Below the pieces are notes generated by a model that saw only the letters and a program-made list of their open reading frames with translations, had not been told where the DNA came from and ran no database searches. This document shows, piece by piece, positions 47,822 through 57,598 of a DNA stretch of 64,000 nucleotides. Location: NCBI GenBank assembly GCA_963719035.1, contig CAVRAO010000002.1, positions 352,001 through 416,000 of the forward strand. Direction: 5' to 3'. Source of the stretch: Methanobacteriota archaeon. Lineage in GTDB: Archaea > Halobacteriota > Bog-38 > Methanoflorentales > Methanoflorentaceae. The position numbers and the translations under genes were made by a program. How positions within the stretch are numbered: the first letter of the stretch is position 1; the number at the start of each line of letters is the position of its first letter.

Positions 47822-48269
47822 AGAACAACCAAAGAGCTTCTTTTGAATATATTAAACGGTACTTCTCACCTTTTACTTCCTCGCCTCTGTAGTACTCCTT
47901 TTTCTTGTTCAGCTTACCTTTGATTTTTTTTCCCTTTGTAGTATTCTTCTTTTTTTTCTTCTTTTCCGGTCATGTAAACACCAAAAAGAATGGCATAATC
48001 CAACTATAAAACATAATACCCATTTTGCACTTTTTTGGACCTCGGAGCCAAATAGGCGGCTAAAATAGCACTTATAGCGTTCTTCTTACATACCTCGAGC
48101 AAACGTTCACGACGACCCTTACCCAAAAAAAGAGAGAAGTGAATTATAAACCAGCTGCTTTCAGAACCTTTAACGCATAAAACAGTCAAGATACTAAAAA
48201 GATGGCTAGGTCAGCATCCAATTTTGACATAAAAAGTACAACTAAACCTGTGTGACGGCTATTAGACGC

Positions 48270-49109
48270 TCAAAGTCGTTGTTTAAAAGCTGATAACGCT
48301 AGGGCGTATTTGTGTTCCCAATCTAGCACTTGTGTTTTGTTGATGTTATTATTTTCTCGAGCTCTTAAGCCCAGGGAGAATACATTCCACATATCCTGAA
48401 TAACTCGCCACACGTCGCGCATATTTGACTGGGTAGCTAGCTGGGTTTGAATCTGTTCCGCTGCTCGCTCAAAGGATGAACATAGTTCGCTATATCTTTG
48501 TTCCGCACACTCATCGGCAACATTAGCCAACATCTTAGCTAGAGTGTCAACATTTTTCTCATCAACGACCTCTTTTTTGGTGACGTGTTGAAGTTCGCTA
48601 ATCATTGTCACTAGAATTTTATGTAGCTTGCTTGGTGAGTATTCAAATATGACATCAAGTCGTGTGAATCGTGCGAGCCTCCCGACCTCCAAGGTCAGGA
48701 AGATGGCATCGCTGAAAGATGACTCATAACCATCAAATATCAGTACAGTGTCTTTCCACTTGTCATATGAAGCTACAACTTGCTGAGTTTTTACGATCCG
48801 TATCACGCTAAACACGCGCGGAGCATCACGTCCATGGACGACTGGCCCCGATTTGTACCAATAGTAAGGAAGACCCAGCTCAAGTCCTTTTTTTTCGCAG
48901 CTCTTGTTTATTAAGAATAGGATCCTGTAGAAGCGTGATGGGGTAAGTGCATATCGTGGCTCATCGTGTTTGAACGGTTGACTATCAAACTTCGCTAATA
49001 TTTCTGGAGCAACAAGCGGTATGTGCTGAAAATTATCGATAGTATGTAGCAAAGTATATGCCAGCAAGGGGTTCTTGCCGACTTCACGCACGTAATCGAG
49101 TTCCTTCAC
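48270..49109 (-). CDS. Hypothetical protein, possible Panacea/SocA-like winged-helix domain
   Basis: RFYRILFLI...LGLPYYWYKSGPVV; helical C-terminal half. Confidence 0.6.
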   Translation of the reverse strand: MKELDYVREVGKNPLLAYTLLHTIDNFQHIPLVAPEILAKFDSQPFKHDEPRYALTPSRFYRILFLINKSCEKKGLELGLPYYWYKSGPVVHGRDAPRVFSVIRIVKTQQVVASYDKWKDTVLIFDGYESSFSDAIFLTLEVGRLARFTRLDVIFEYSPSKLHKILVTMISELQHVTKKEVVDEKNVDTLAKMLANVADECAEQRYSELCSSFERAAEQIQTQLATQSNMRDVWRVIQDMWNVFSLGLRARENNNINKTQVLDWEHKYALALSAFKQRL

Positions 49110-49322
49110 TTAACCCACGTTCGCCTTATCGTGCTAAAATATGTGTCCTTTGAATAACTAACGTTGCTCTGGTAATAAACAAACGCTTGGCTAGATATCA
49201 ACAGTGTTTATAGAAGACTTCGAATTGTGCTCCTTGTTGTCGCTTCCATTTAAGGGGATTCTAAAATTAATCGCAGATAGCGTATATATACGTTCACAAG
49301 CCCTCCACAGACCGTGTCACTG

Positions 49323-49451
49323 TTATTTTCTGTCTATCTCATAGATATCTGACTCTGTCGGAAGGATTTCTTTCTGTTTTTTTCTTTTTCGCTCCATCTT
49401 CTTCTTCCATTCTTCGGGCGTCATCCATTCCTCACTTTCTTTTGTATACAT
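49323..49451 (-). CDS. Small charged protein (42 aa), putative
   Basis: MYTKESEEWMTPEEWKKKMERKRKKQKEILPTESDIYEIDRK*; GGTGG upstream. Confidence 0.4.
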   Translation of the reverse strand: MYTKESEEWMTPEEWKKKMERKRKKQKEILPTESDIYEIDRK

Positions 49452-49602
49452 TGCCAAACCACCATTTTCGTTATACCAGATTATGACTTATGGATAAGAG
49501 CGCCAAACCCTACCGACTTAAAGAACACTATTTGACGCGACGGAAATATTTGTCGGAAAGCTTATAGTAATGCTTACAATTTATAGTGAACTCGGGTAAA
49601 CA

Positions 49603-49872
49603 ATGCCGACAAATATAAAAGAAGACGATTCAGCGCATGATTTGCAAGACCAAGTCTTGTCTCAGTTGCGGATGATAGAAGTATCGCACGATCTTACTAT
49701 CAAAAATCTAACGGGTATCGCCAAGATAATAATTGCCAACGTCGAAAACAATAACCAAGCATTGCAGGTCTGCACGGCAATTAATACGTGGATCGCTATC
49801 AACGGAATGCAAGGAGATATAACTGTGCCGGAACCTTTAGTTAGAAAATACGTGAGAAGGGCAATTTCATAA
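49603..49872 (+). CDS. Hypothetical protein (89 aa)
   Basis: ATG ORF with TTTATA about 20 nt upstream; helical composition. Confidence 0.6.
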   Translation: MPTNIKEDDSAHDLQDQVLSQLRMIEVSHDLTIKNLTGIAKIIIANVENNNQALQVCTAINTWIAINGMQGDITVPEPLVRKYVRRAIS

Positions 49873-49974
49873 CAAAGGAGTCAATCGCTCCAAGCGCTAA
49901 CAAAGTAAAGCCTCCACAAAACGTAAGTCTCCAATTACAAAAAATTCCTCATTAACAAAGGAGTTCTGTAATTT

Positions 49975-50865
49975 ATGCTTAAGGTCCTCTTTCTCGGAAC
50001 TAGCGGGTCGATGCCAACAGTTGCTCGAAGTCTTCCTGCTATCCTAATTAAACGAGATGGGGAGGCTGTTCTCTTCGACTGTGGTGAAGGCACGCAGCGC
50101 CAAATGATGCGGTGTCGGACGGGGTTTAGCTTGTCTTCTATTTTTATCACTCACTGGCACGCTGACCATTTCCTCGGTTTGCCTGGATTGATTCATACGA
50201 TGTCTTTTCAGAATAGGGGTACTAAACTCACCATTTATGGACCTCGGTGGGCTGGAATCCCAAACTTGTTTTCCCTAATTAACCCTGAGTTCGAAGTCGA
50301 TTTTATTGAAGTGTCGCCTGGTGACTTGATAGACCTTGGCTCGTTTTCAATCGAAGTCTTTGCTGTCAACCACGGAACAACCTCATTCGGTTATACCTTT
50401 AAAGAACGAGAACGACCTGGCAAATTTAACCGAGAAACAGCTGAACAACTCGGACTCAAACCTGGACCGTTATATAAAACCCTACAAAAGGGCGAATCTG
50501 TCTCGGCCGGTGGTCGAGTAATCTCTCCAGAACAAATAATTGGACCAACACGTCCCGGTCGAAAAATCGTTTATACGGGTGATACACGTCCATCAGATCA
50601 CGTCATTCACGCTGCTGAAAACGCTGACCTGCTAATTCACGAAGCGACGCTCGCGGCGGATCTAAAAGAATACGCGAAGACTGTCGGCCATTCGACAGCA
50701 GCAGAGGCTGCTCAAATAGCACAAGGAGCTCGTGTTCTTACGCTAGTGCTAACTCACATAAGTTCTCGGTACGCAAATACAACGCAGTTGTTGGAGGAGG
50801 CGCGCCTTATCTTTCCCAACACATTTGTGGCTGAAGATCTTCTTGAATTGGAGGTTCTTTACTAA
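49975..50865 (+). CDS. rnz: Ribonuclease Z
   Basis: FLGTSG, DCGEGTQ, THWHADH, GP flexible arm, TGDTRP, HEAT, HST, THISSRY. Confidence 0.95.
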   Translation: MLKVLFLGTSGSMPTVARSLPAILIKRDGEAVLFDCGEGTQRQMMRCRTGFSLSSIFITHWHADHFLGLPGLIHTMSFQNRGTKLTIYGPRWAGIPNLFSLINPEFEVDFIEVSPGDLIDLGSFSIEVFAVNHGTTSFGYTFKERERPGKFNRETAEQLGLKPGPLYKTLQKGESVSAGGRVISPEQIIGPTRPGRKIVYTGDTRPSDHVIHAAENADLLIHEATLAADLKEYAKTVGHSTAAEAAQIAQGARVLTLVLTHISSRYANTTQLLEEARLIFPNTFVAEDLLELEVLY

Positions 50866-50908
50866 GACCGAATAGAACACGCAGAGCCTAAACGTACTGA
50901 TCCAATTT

Positions 50909-51651
50909 CTAACGCGTGATGCGCTTCAAGTAAGTCAAGCTTTTGATGCCTTCATCGAGTGTTCTTAATTCTAAAACGAAAATGCCCCTATAGTGTCGAA
51001 ATGTGTGCATTGTTCGTTCCCAATTGATGTTCCCCAGACCGAGCGGCAAATGTTCATCGGCTTGACCGTTGTTATCGTGAAGATGAACGTGGTCAATTGT
51101 TCATTTGTGAAAATGAGTCTATCGCATCGGCAGTATTTGCGTGACCAATATCAAAGGTAAACCCCAAGCCATCTGGACGCATAGCTTCAATTTCATGAGG
51201 AAAACGACCAAGCAAAAAGCCAACGTTGACCATATTTTCGACGGTCGCTGTTAACTTGACACTCTTTAGCATGTTGCACTAACCGTATCAGTGCTTGCTT
51301 ATTCTTATCCAACGCTTTCTCTGGACAAAACGCAGCTAAGGGAGAAATGTAACCAGGATGGATTACGAAAATATGCGCGTGATCGGCTAATCCCTCTATA
51401 ACAGCCTCAATCTGCGCAAGGGTTTCCTGCCAAATCGGTGGGTTGAAACTAGCAATATGCAAATCAGAAAATGGGGTGTGAACGCTAATCCCAAGATCAC
51501 ATGAGGACTCCGCATACTCAATCAACGATATCAGGTCTTTATCCAACTTCTGTGGGCCTTCCGCGATAACCTCCCAGCCTTGAAATCCAACATTCGTAAG
51601 CTCCTCAAGCTGCTTAACGTTGATTAACGCGGAGGAGAAGTATACGTTCAT
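50909..51651 (-). CDS. Sugar phosphate isomerase/epimerase TIM barrel with two +1 frameshifts (about 51251 and 51101); pseudogene or sequencing error
   Basis: VHTPFSDL, IHPG; then VENM...FDIGHAN; then HVHLHDNNGQADEHLPLG in successive frames. Confidence 0.8.
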
Positions 51652-52571
51652 TTCAAGCTCTCGTTTGTGATTGTGTCAATGAGCTTTTCAGGTAAAGGCG
51701 CCACAACGCGAACAAAGATTGGCCCTAACGGATCCTGTGAGAAGTTAACTTTCCCCACCAATGCAACTTGCTTATTCAAAGAGAATTCAAAAGAATCCAA
51801 CATGAGGCCCTTCATAAGCTCAGCTTTCGCGGCCGCCCGAATTCGCTGCTTACGAAGAAGGGTGCTAAATGTTTCAAGGGTGCCGCTTGTTCCTTCTATA
51901 AAATTGTCTACGCGCTCCAAAGCGGCGTCAGGAAATATGTTCAGAATGGCGCGTTCTACTTTTTCTTGAATCTCTGTTTCGTAAATCGCCGTCCTTATGC
52001 TTATCGTGACAGTGTTATTCGATGCCGGTTGAATGAGTCGTTCAAGCAAATTAGATACTTTAGAGTTAAGTTCTTCAAGAGTCCCCTCGTTTTCTATAGA
52101 ATATTCAGCGGCTTCTAGCGCTTCTTCAAGACCCCACGCTAACTCACGCTGATCTTTTTCTTCAAAACGTTGAAGACTACGCGCATCGTCAGGGCGACTT
52201 CTGCCTTTAACCCTTTTAAACCTAACTTTAGGGCCTGCGATTATCGCAATTAGTTTAAAATCACCCTTAAACTCTCTTTTAAAAGCGTTGACCTCAGCTA
52301 TTCCCCTAATACCATCTATCACGACTTTTTGAGATGTGAGGCCGTACACAACCGGGATGCACATCTTAGCTATCACATCCATCCCGTGATCCGCACGCAA
52401 TTTATTAGCGATTGTTCCGACGTTCTTTTCACTCAGCTCAATACCTGACCTATGCATATGGGATCGTACTGCATCACCCATAGCCACTGGGAAAAATCCT
52501 TCAGTTTGAGCAATAGCAGCTGCTTCAGATTTGCCCGATCCCGGAAATCCTACAAACCCAATAACTAACAA
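51648..52571 (-). CDS. Fusion of dephospho-CoA-kinase-like P-loop domain (UPF0200) and DUF54 RNA-binding domain
   Basis: GFPGSGKS, MGDAVR, IDGIRG, then ETE..EKV..AI.NIFP, LNKQVA..GKVNF; GGAG RBS before TTG at 52571. Confidence 0.85.
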   Translation of the reverse strand: MLVIGFVGFPGSGKSEAAAIAQTEGFFPVAMGDAVRSHMHRSGIELSEKNVGTIANKLRADHGMDVIAKMCIPVVYGLTSQKVVIDGIRGIAEVNAFKREFKGDFKLIAIIAGPKVRFKRVKGRSRPDDARSLQRFEEKDQRELAWGLEEALEAAEYSIENEGTLEELNSKVSNLLERLIQPASNNTVTISIRTAIYETEIQEKVERAILNIFPDAALERVDNFIEGTSGTLETFSTLLRKQRIRAAAKAELMKGLMLDSFEFSLNKQVALVGKVNFSQDPLGPIFVRVVAPLPEKLIDTITNESLK

Positions 52572-52599
52572 GTCGTCTCCTTTGTGAGTGAATTCGCGC

Positions 52600-53347
52600 T
52601 TAAGCAATTTCTTCGTCGCCTTTTTCTAGCGTTCGAATTCTCAATGGGCGGCGACATTGGATTGCTAGCTTAGCTATCTCGTCGCGTGTTAACGTGGTCA
52701 GATCTGTTTGCGCACACATTTCGGTTCTGCCCTGCTGTAGCGCATAAGGAACAGTCCTAAAATCATTCACCATCTCTATAACCTCGTCCGGGCTTAGCAA
52801 CTCTTTAAAGAGTGTCGTTCTTAACTCAAACTCCTGCAGTATGTTTGCAGCTAACGCTTCGCAACCGATTTCAATTGTTCGTTTAATCTTATTGATAAAA
52901 GTACCTAGCTTTGACGGCTCCGACGATTCGTGCATATTTTTGCGGATCAGAAAGGGGCGCCTTAACGTCGACAAAAAGCCCGTCAAGCAGCTGAGCAGCG
53001 ATCAACGTCGCCAGTACGTCAGGGAAAGATCCATTAGTCTCTATTCCTACGAGAAGTCCTTCGTTCTTCGCTTCTTGTGCTAGCAATTGAAGCAAGTTGA
53101 GATGTAGCGTTGGTTCGCCGCCCGAAAAAACTATTGCGCTAACATAGTCCTTATTTCGTTGAATTTCGCGTAGTAACGCATCCGAATTATTTGGCTGTGA
53201 TGCGCCCCAAATTTTGTAGTTTTGACAGTAGCTACATTTGAAGTTGCACCCGCGTAAAAAAACAACCATTGAAGCTTTACCGGGCCAGTCAATAGTCGAG
53301 AATGGTACTACGATTGATTTGTCGAAATTATCTAGGTTTAATTGCAC
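52600..53347 (-). CDS. Radical SAM protein, anaerobic RNR-activating (NrdG-like); +1 frameshift near 52905
   Basis: STIDWPG, GCNFKCSYCQN, FSGGEPT, ETNG, DVKAP; continues FELRTT...LQQ in the next frame. Confidence 0.85.
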
Positions 53348-53394
53348 GAAATACCAACTTCAGAGGGAACGTCCTTAATGTCAATGACCCAAGG

Positions 53395-54456
53395 TCAGCT
53401 AAATAGTATGCTCGGGGGAGACTCCACTTTGATCTTGCTTAGGGCATAGTCGAAATGCTCCACCTTCACCTCTGTCTCATCTATAATCGCTTGGTGCAGC
53501 GCGATCTTCAACACTTTCTCCACAAGATCCCTGCCGGAAAAACCCTGCGTTAGACTTGCTACTCTTTTAAGATCCGCTGTTTCATGGAGCTCTAGAGGGA
53601 AGGTTCGCGAGTAATTCACGAGGATCTGCAGCCGCTCTTCTCGGTTTGGAAGAGAGAATTCTATCTCCTCTTCAAACCTGCTTCTAACGGAATGATCCAG
53701 CGCGCTGTGCCGGTTTGTGGCCCCTATAGTGCAGATGCCTGATCTGTCCTCAATACCGTCCATCTCTGTAAGGAGCGCATTTACAATTTCCAGGACGTCT
53801 CCCCGAAGCTCCTGGTAACTTCGGTCAAGTCCTATCGCATCAAGCTCATCAAAAAATAAGATACACGGAGCCAGATCTTTTGCCCGCGAATAGAGAAGAT
53901 GTATTCTAGCCGACCCCTCGCCAACGTGCTCGCCGATTAACTGGGTCGACTTGACCGTCAGTATTGGAGCGTCTGTTATACTCGACAATGCCTTCGCCAT
54001 CATTGTTTTTCCAGTTCCGGACGGGCCAAAAAACAGAATGTTCTTCGGAGCCCACCTGCCGAAGCTTTCAGGATCTTTCAAATATCTTTCGATGAGTCTA
54101 CATTTTTTCTTTGCACTTTCTTGTCCGATGATGTCCTCAAGGCTTACTCCAGCAGCAATGTGAGGTATGGTATTCTCTGTCTCCTGCACCACGATTACAG
54201 TTGATTTACCAATCGTCGCCTGTTTAGGCTCCACATTCATAATTTCAAAAGCAAAATCGGGATACATCCTCCTATCGAACAAGTAGTCCCCTTTCTTCAC
54301 AGAAGCGCCAAACCATTGCTCTTTCGCGTAATAATCGAATACTCGGGGTTCGCTTACCTCTGGGTGTTCGAAATCACTCTTCATCGGATACCCCGCCGGT
54401 TTTAACACGATGAATTTGGCAGAAGTTGGCGAAGCTTTAATAGCTGATTCGCTCAT
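53395..54456 (-). CDS. AAA ATPase of the AMA type (N-terminal beta-clam domain)
   Basis: LKPAGYP N-domain motif, GPSGTGKT, FFDELD, ATNR, RSRFEE. Confidence 0.85.
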   Translation of the reverse strand: MSESAIKASPTSAKFIVLKPAGYPMKSDFEHPEVSEPRVFDYYAKEQWFGASVKKGDYLFDRRMYPDFAFEIMNVEPKQATIGKSTVIVVQETENTIPHIAAGVSLEDIIGQESAKKKCRLIERYLKDPESFGRWAPKNILFFGPSGTGKTMMAKALSSITDAPILTVKSTQLIGEHVGEGSARIHLLYSRAKDLAPCILFFDELDAIGLDRSYQELRGDVLEIVNALLTEMDGIEDRSGICTIGATNRHSALDHSVRSRFEEEIEFSLPNREERLQILVNYSRTFPLELHETADLKRVASLTQGFSGRDLVEKVLKIALHQAIIDETEVKVEHFDYALSKIKVESPPSILFS

Positions 54457-54504
54457 TTTTCTCTCTTGAGTGAACCATTATTAGAGTCAAGCATTAAAGT
54501 GTTT

Positions 54505-55077
54505 ATGATGCCCACTGACAGTATTAGAGCCTTCATTGGAATTGACCTCGATAGCAAGACTCGAGAGAGACTCCTTGCGGTACAACGTGACAAGCTGAAA
54601 ATGGACCAATTTTCATCAGTCAAGGCGGTTGATCCCGGAATAGCTCATATAACCCTAAGCTTCCTCGGAAATAAGACATCTTCTGAGCTTTCGCTCATTG
54701 TTGAAGCGTTGCGCTCTATCTCGTTTCATCCATTCTGTATAACACTTTGCGGCATTGGTGTCTTTCCGAACATGAAAAAAATAAGGGTCATACACGTAGG
54801 ATTGAGCGACTCTCAGGACATAAAAACGTTGTACGAACTAATTGTTGAAGCGCTGAAAGGAAAGCATAAACCGGACAACAGAAAATTCGATCCACATATC
54901 ACCTTAGGACGAGTTAAGCGTGCCATTCCTGAGGAACTGCCACTACTAGCTGCCACCATAGCCCCTCTTTCCACGTCATTTGTCGGCCAACTCGATATCT
55001 CCTCTTTTCAGCTAAAAAAAAGCACCTTGACTCCAACGGGTCCTATATATGATACGCTCGAGGAATTCCGATTATGA
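54505..55077 (+). CDS. thpR: RNA 2',3'-cyclic phosphodiesterase (2H phosphoesterase)
   Basis: RAFIGI, two HITL motifs, STLTPTGPIY. Confidence 0.93.
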   Translation: MMPTDSIRAFIGIDLDSKTRERLLAVQRDKLKMDQFSSVKAVDPGIAHITLSFLGNKTSSELSLIVEALRSISFHPFCITLCGIGVFPNMKKIRVIHVGLSDSQDIKTLYELIVEALKGKHKPDNRKFDPHITLGRVKRAIPEELPLLAATIAPLSTSFVGQLDISSFQLKKSTLTPTGPIYDTLEEFRL

Positions 55078-56444
55078 AGAATGAATTCACCCGGGTACAA
55101 ATGGAGGTGCTGAAAAGAATCCGACCGTCACGAGATGAGCGTGACCGTCTACATCGAGTCACACAACAGGTGATTTCAGCAGCACAAAGCGCCATTAACG
55201 CCAGGAGCTTAACTGCTACGGTAAAAGTAATTGGCTCTGCGGCACGTGACACGTGGATCTCAGGCGAGCACGATATCGACATATTCATTGGATTTGACGT
55301 TACCACGTCGCGCGAAGACCTTGAACGCTACGGACTAGAGATAGGGAAAGAGATTGCAGTTCAAGGCTATGTTATAGGCTATGCTGAGCATCCCTACGTA
55401 AAAGCACGCTGTGGCGACTTCGCTATCGATGTCGTGCCTTATTATATCATCGAGAATGCGGACCAGCTGCTCTCCGCAGTCGACAGAACTCCGTTTCATG
55501 AGCAATATGTGGGTGAGCACCTAGGCGCAAGACATGATGATGTCAGGCTGCTCAAACAATTTCTGAAAGGAGCGGGGATATACGGCGCAGAACTGCGCGT
55601 CAAAGGATTCTCTGGGTACCTCTGCGAGCTACTCGTCATCAAGTACGGCTCCTTTGCGGACGTGCTGTCAAATGCGCAAGATTGGAAGGTGGGAACCTAC
55701 ATAACTTTAGCCAGCGAACACGTTCGGAGCTCCTTCGACAGTCCGCTGGCGGTCATCGATCCGGTGGATGCAAGGCGTAACGTAGCTGCCGCTGTCTCTC
55801 TCGATAGTTTCTCTACGTTTGTTGATTCTGCAAGAAGTTTTCTGGAAAAGCCGTGTGCGAAGTGTTTTTTCCCCCCAAAAAGAGTCCCTCTCGACGTTCG
55901 CGCCTTCCGTGCAATTGCAAAAAAACGAAAGACGACGCTTTTTGGAGTAAGATTCACCTTACCAAACCTCGTTGATGACATCGCATACCCGCAGCTCGAG
56001 CGTGCGTTTAAAGGAATGTCGGTAGCCCTGCTGCAGCAAGGCTTTTCCGCACTGCGAGGCGACATCTTTTACGTTCAAGGGGAGGCACTCTTGCTGTTTG
56101 AGATGCTCGTCTCGCAACTCCCCTCAGTGGAGAGGCGCTTAGGCCCGCCAATAGACAAAAAACGTCACTCGATTAAGTTCAAGGAGAGATACGCCAATGA
56201 CGCGTTGGTACTTACGAAACCGTTCATCCAAGATGGACGCTACGTTGTTGAGCTTCATCGTAAGTATCTCACCTTCCCAGAATACTTAACTAAAGAGTTC
56301 AAGAATATCCGGACGAGCAAAGCAATCGTGCAAGCTATGGAAAAGGGATTTCAGATACTAAAAGACGAAGAGCTCCTTGAAAGCGATGGAATGGGGCTTT
56401 TTTTAGCTCACTATTTTGACAAGATGCTAAACAACTGCGATTAG
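55074..56444 (+). CDS. cca: CCA-adding enzyme (class I)
   Basis: GSAARDTW, DIDIF, YAEHPY, SAVDRTPFH, GFSGYLCEL, DPVD.RRNVAA. Confidence 0.95.
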   Translation: MKNEFTRVQMEVLKRIRPSRDERDRLHRVTQQVISAAQSAINARSLTATVKVIGSAARDTWISGEHDIDIFIGFDVTTSREDLERYGLEIGKEIAVQGYVIGYAEHPYVKARCGDFAIDVVPYYIIENADQLLSAVDRTPFHEQYVGEHLGARHDDVRLLKQFLKGAGIYGAELRVKGFSGYLCELLVIKYGSFADVLSNAQDWKVGTYITLASEHVRSSFDSPLAVIDPVDARRNVAAAVSLDSFSTFVDSARSFLEKPCAKCFFPPKRVPLDVRAFRAIAKKRKTTLFGVRFTLPNLVDDIAYPQLERAFKGMSVALLQQGFSALRGDIFYVQGEALLLFEMLVSQLPSVERRLGPPIDKKRHSIKFKERYANDALVLTKPFIQDGRYVVELHRKYLTFPEYLTKEFKNIRTSKAIVQAMEKGFQILKDEELLESDGMGLFLAHYFDKMLNNCD

Positions 56445-56446
56445 GA

Positions 56447-57520
56447 TCACATTAGCCAATATCTTGAATGAATTTTGGCCGCCGTCTCGACCCGATCAAG
56501 AACGTCCCTTGATGTACCCCCATCAACTTCGTCTTCATTGATATCGGTGGGAAAATTGAACAATGAACCGCATATCGCGAGCACTGAATCTGCAAGCGCC
56601 TGAAGATCGTAACCACCTTCTAAACAGGCGATAACCCGTCCTCGTGGAGTCACTGATTTTACCCGCTCGGTCAATCCTATGAATCCGTCACAGGTGACAA
56701 GCATACCGCCGAGTGGATCCTTGTAGTGTATGTCCTGCCCGGCTGATATAAACGTAAGTTCAGGCCTGAACTGTCTTATTGCTGGAACCAAAAGCTGATC
56801 ATACGCATAGAAGAAGCCGTCATCGTTGACACCTGGAGGCAGCGGTAAATTAACGGTGAAGCCCTCTCCTTCTCCTGACCCAACCTCGTGAAAATCGCCC
56901 GTTCCAGGATAAAAGTGCTGTCGATGCGTTGAAACGTAAAGAACGCGGCGATCATCATAAAAGGATGCTTGCGTGCCATTGCCGTGATGTACGTCCCAGT
57001 CGACTATCAGCACCCGTTTAATGTTATAACGAGAGAGGGCGTACTTTGCAGCGCAAGCAACATTGTTAAAGATGCAAAAACCCATAGCGGTATCGCGAAC
57101 TGCGTGATGACCAGGCGGCCTGACAAGCGCAAATGCGTTGTTCGTGTCTGCCATAACGGCATCGACTGCACTGATAACACCGCCTACTGCTAGCAGCGCG
57201 ACTTCATAACTTTTCGATGAGCAGTAAGTATCCAAATCGAGCCAGCCCCCACCGGCTTCTGCAAGCCGCCTGACGCCTTCTACGTATTTAGCATCGTGGT
57301 TAGCCCAAACGTTTTCAACAGCGGCTTTAATCGGTTTGACTATTCCAATACTTCGCGCGTATTCATCGCCGTGTATACGTTCCATGATCGCGTCTAATCT
57401 TCTTCTGGATTCGATATGGCTGCCCGTGTCGTGCTCATTATACAAAGAATCGTAGACGATTGCACCTGCTGTCACAAATGTAAAAAGACTACTGTAGGTT
57501 ATTAACGTTCGCTTATTCAC
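56447..57520 (-). CDS. Histone deacetylase family protein
   Basis: RPPGHHA, GFCIFNN, DWDVHHGNGTQ, SAGQD, LEGGY. Confidence 0.93.
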   Translation of the reverse strand: MNKRTLITYSSLFTFVTAGAIVYDSLYNEHDTGSHIESRRRLDAIMERIHGDEYARSIGIVKPIKAAVENVWANHDAKYVEGVRRLAEAGGGWLDLDTYCSSKSYEVALLAVGGVISAVDAVMADTNNAFALVRPPGHHAVRDTAMGFCIFNNVACAAKYALSRYNIKRVLIVDWDVHHGNGTQASFYDDRRVLYVSTHRQHFYPGTGDFHEVGSGEGEGFTVNLPLPPGVNDDGFFYAYDQLLVPAIRQFRPELTFISAGQDIHYKDPLGGMLVTCDGFIGLTERVKSVTPRGRVIACLEGGYDLQALADSVLAICGSLFNFPTDINEDEVDGGTSRDVLDRVETAAKIHSRYWLM

Positions 57521-57598
57521 GGCCTAAGACGCAGACTGAACGTTCAATTCAACCGAGTTAGGTTAATTTACCTGTAAACCGTTTTAACGAATAGAAAA

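Noticed and set aside
42883-49872. Intact integrated element at tRNA-Ser (or at tRNA-Ala)
   Set aside because: No integrase or transposase and no duplicated tRNA 3' end found by eye; housekeeping hisG and pdxT lie within the candidate spans
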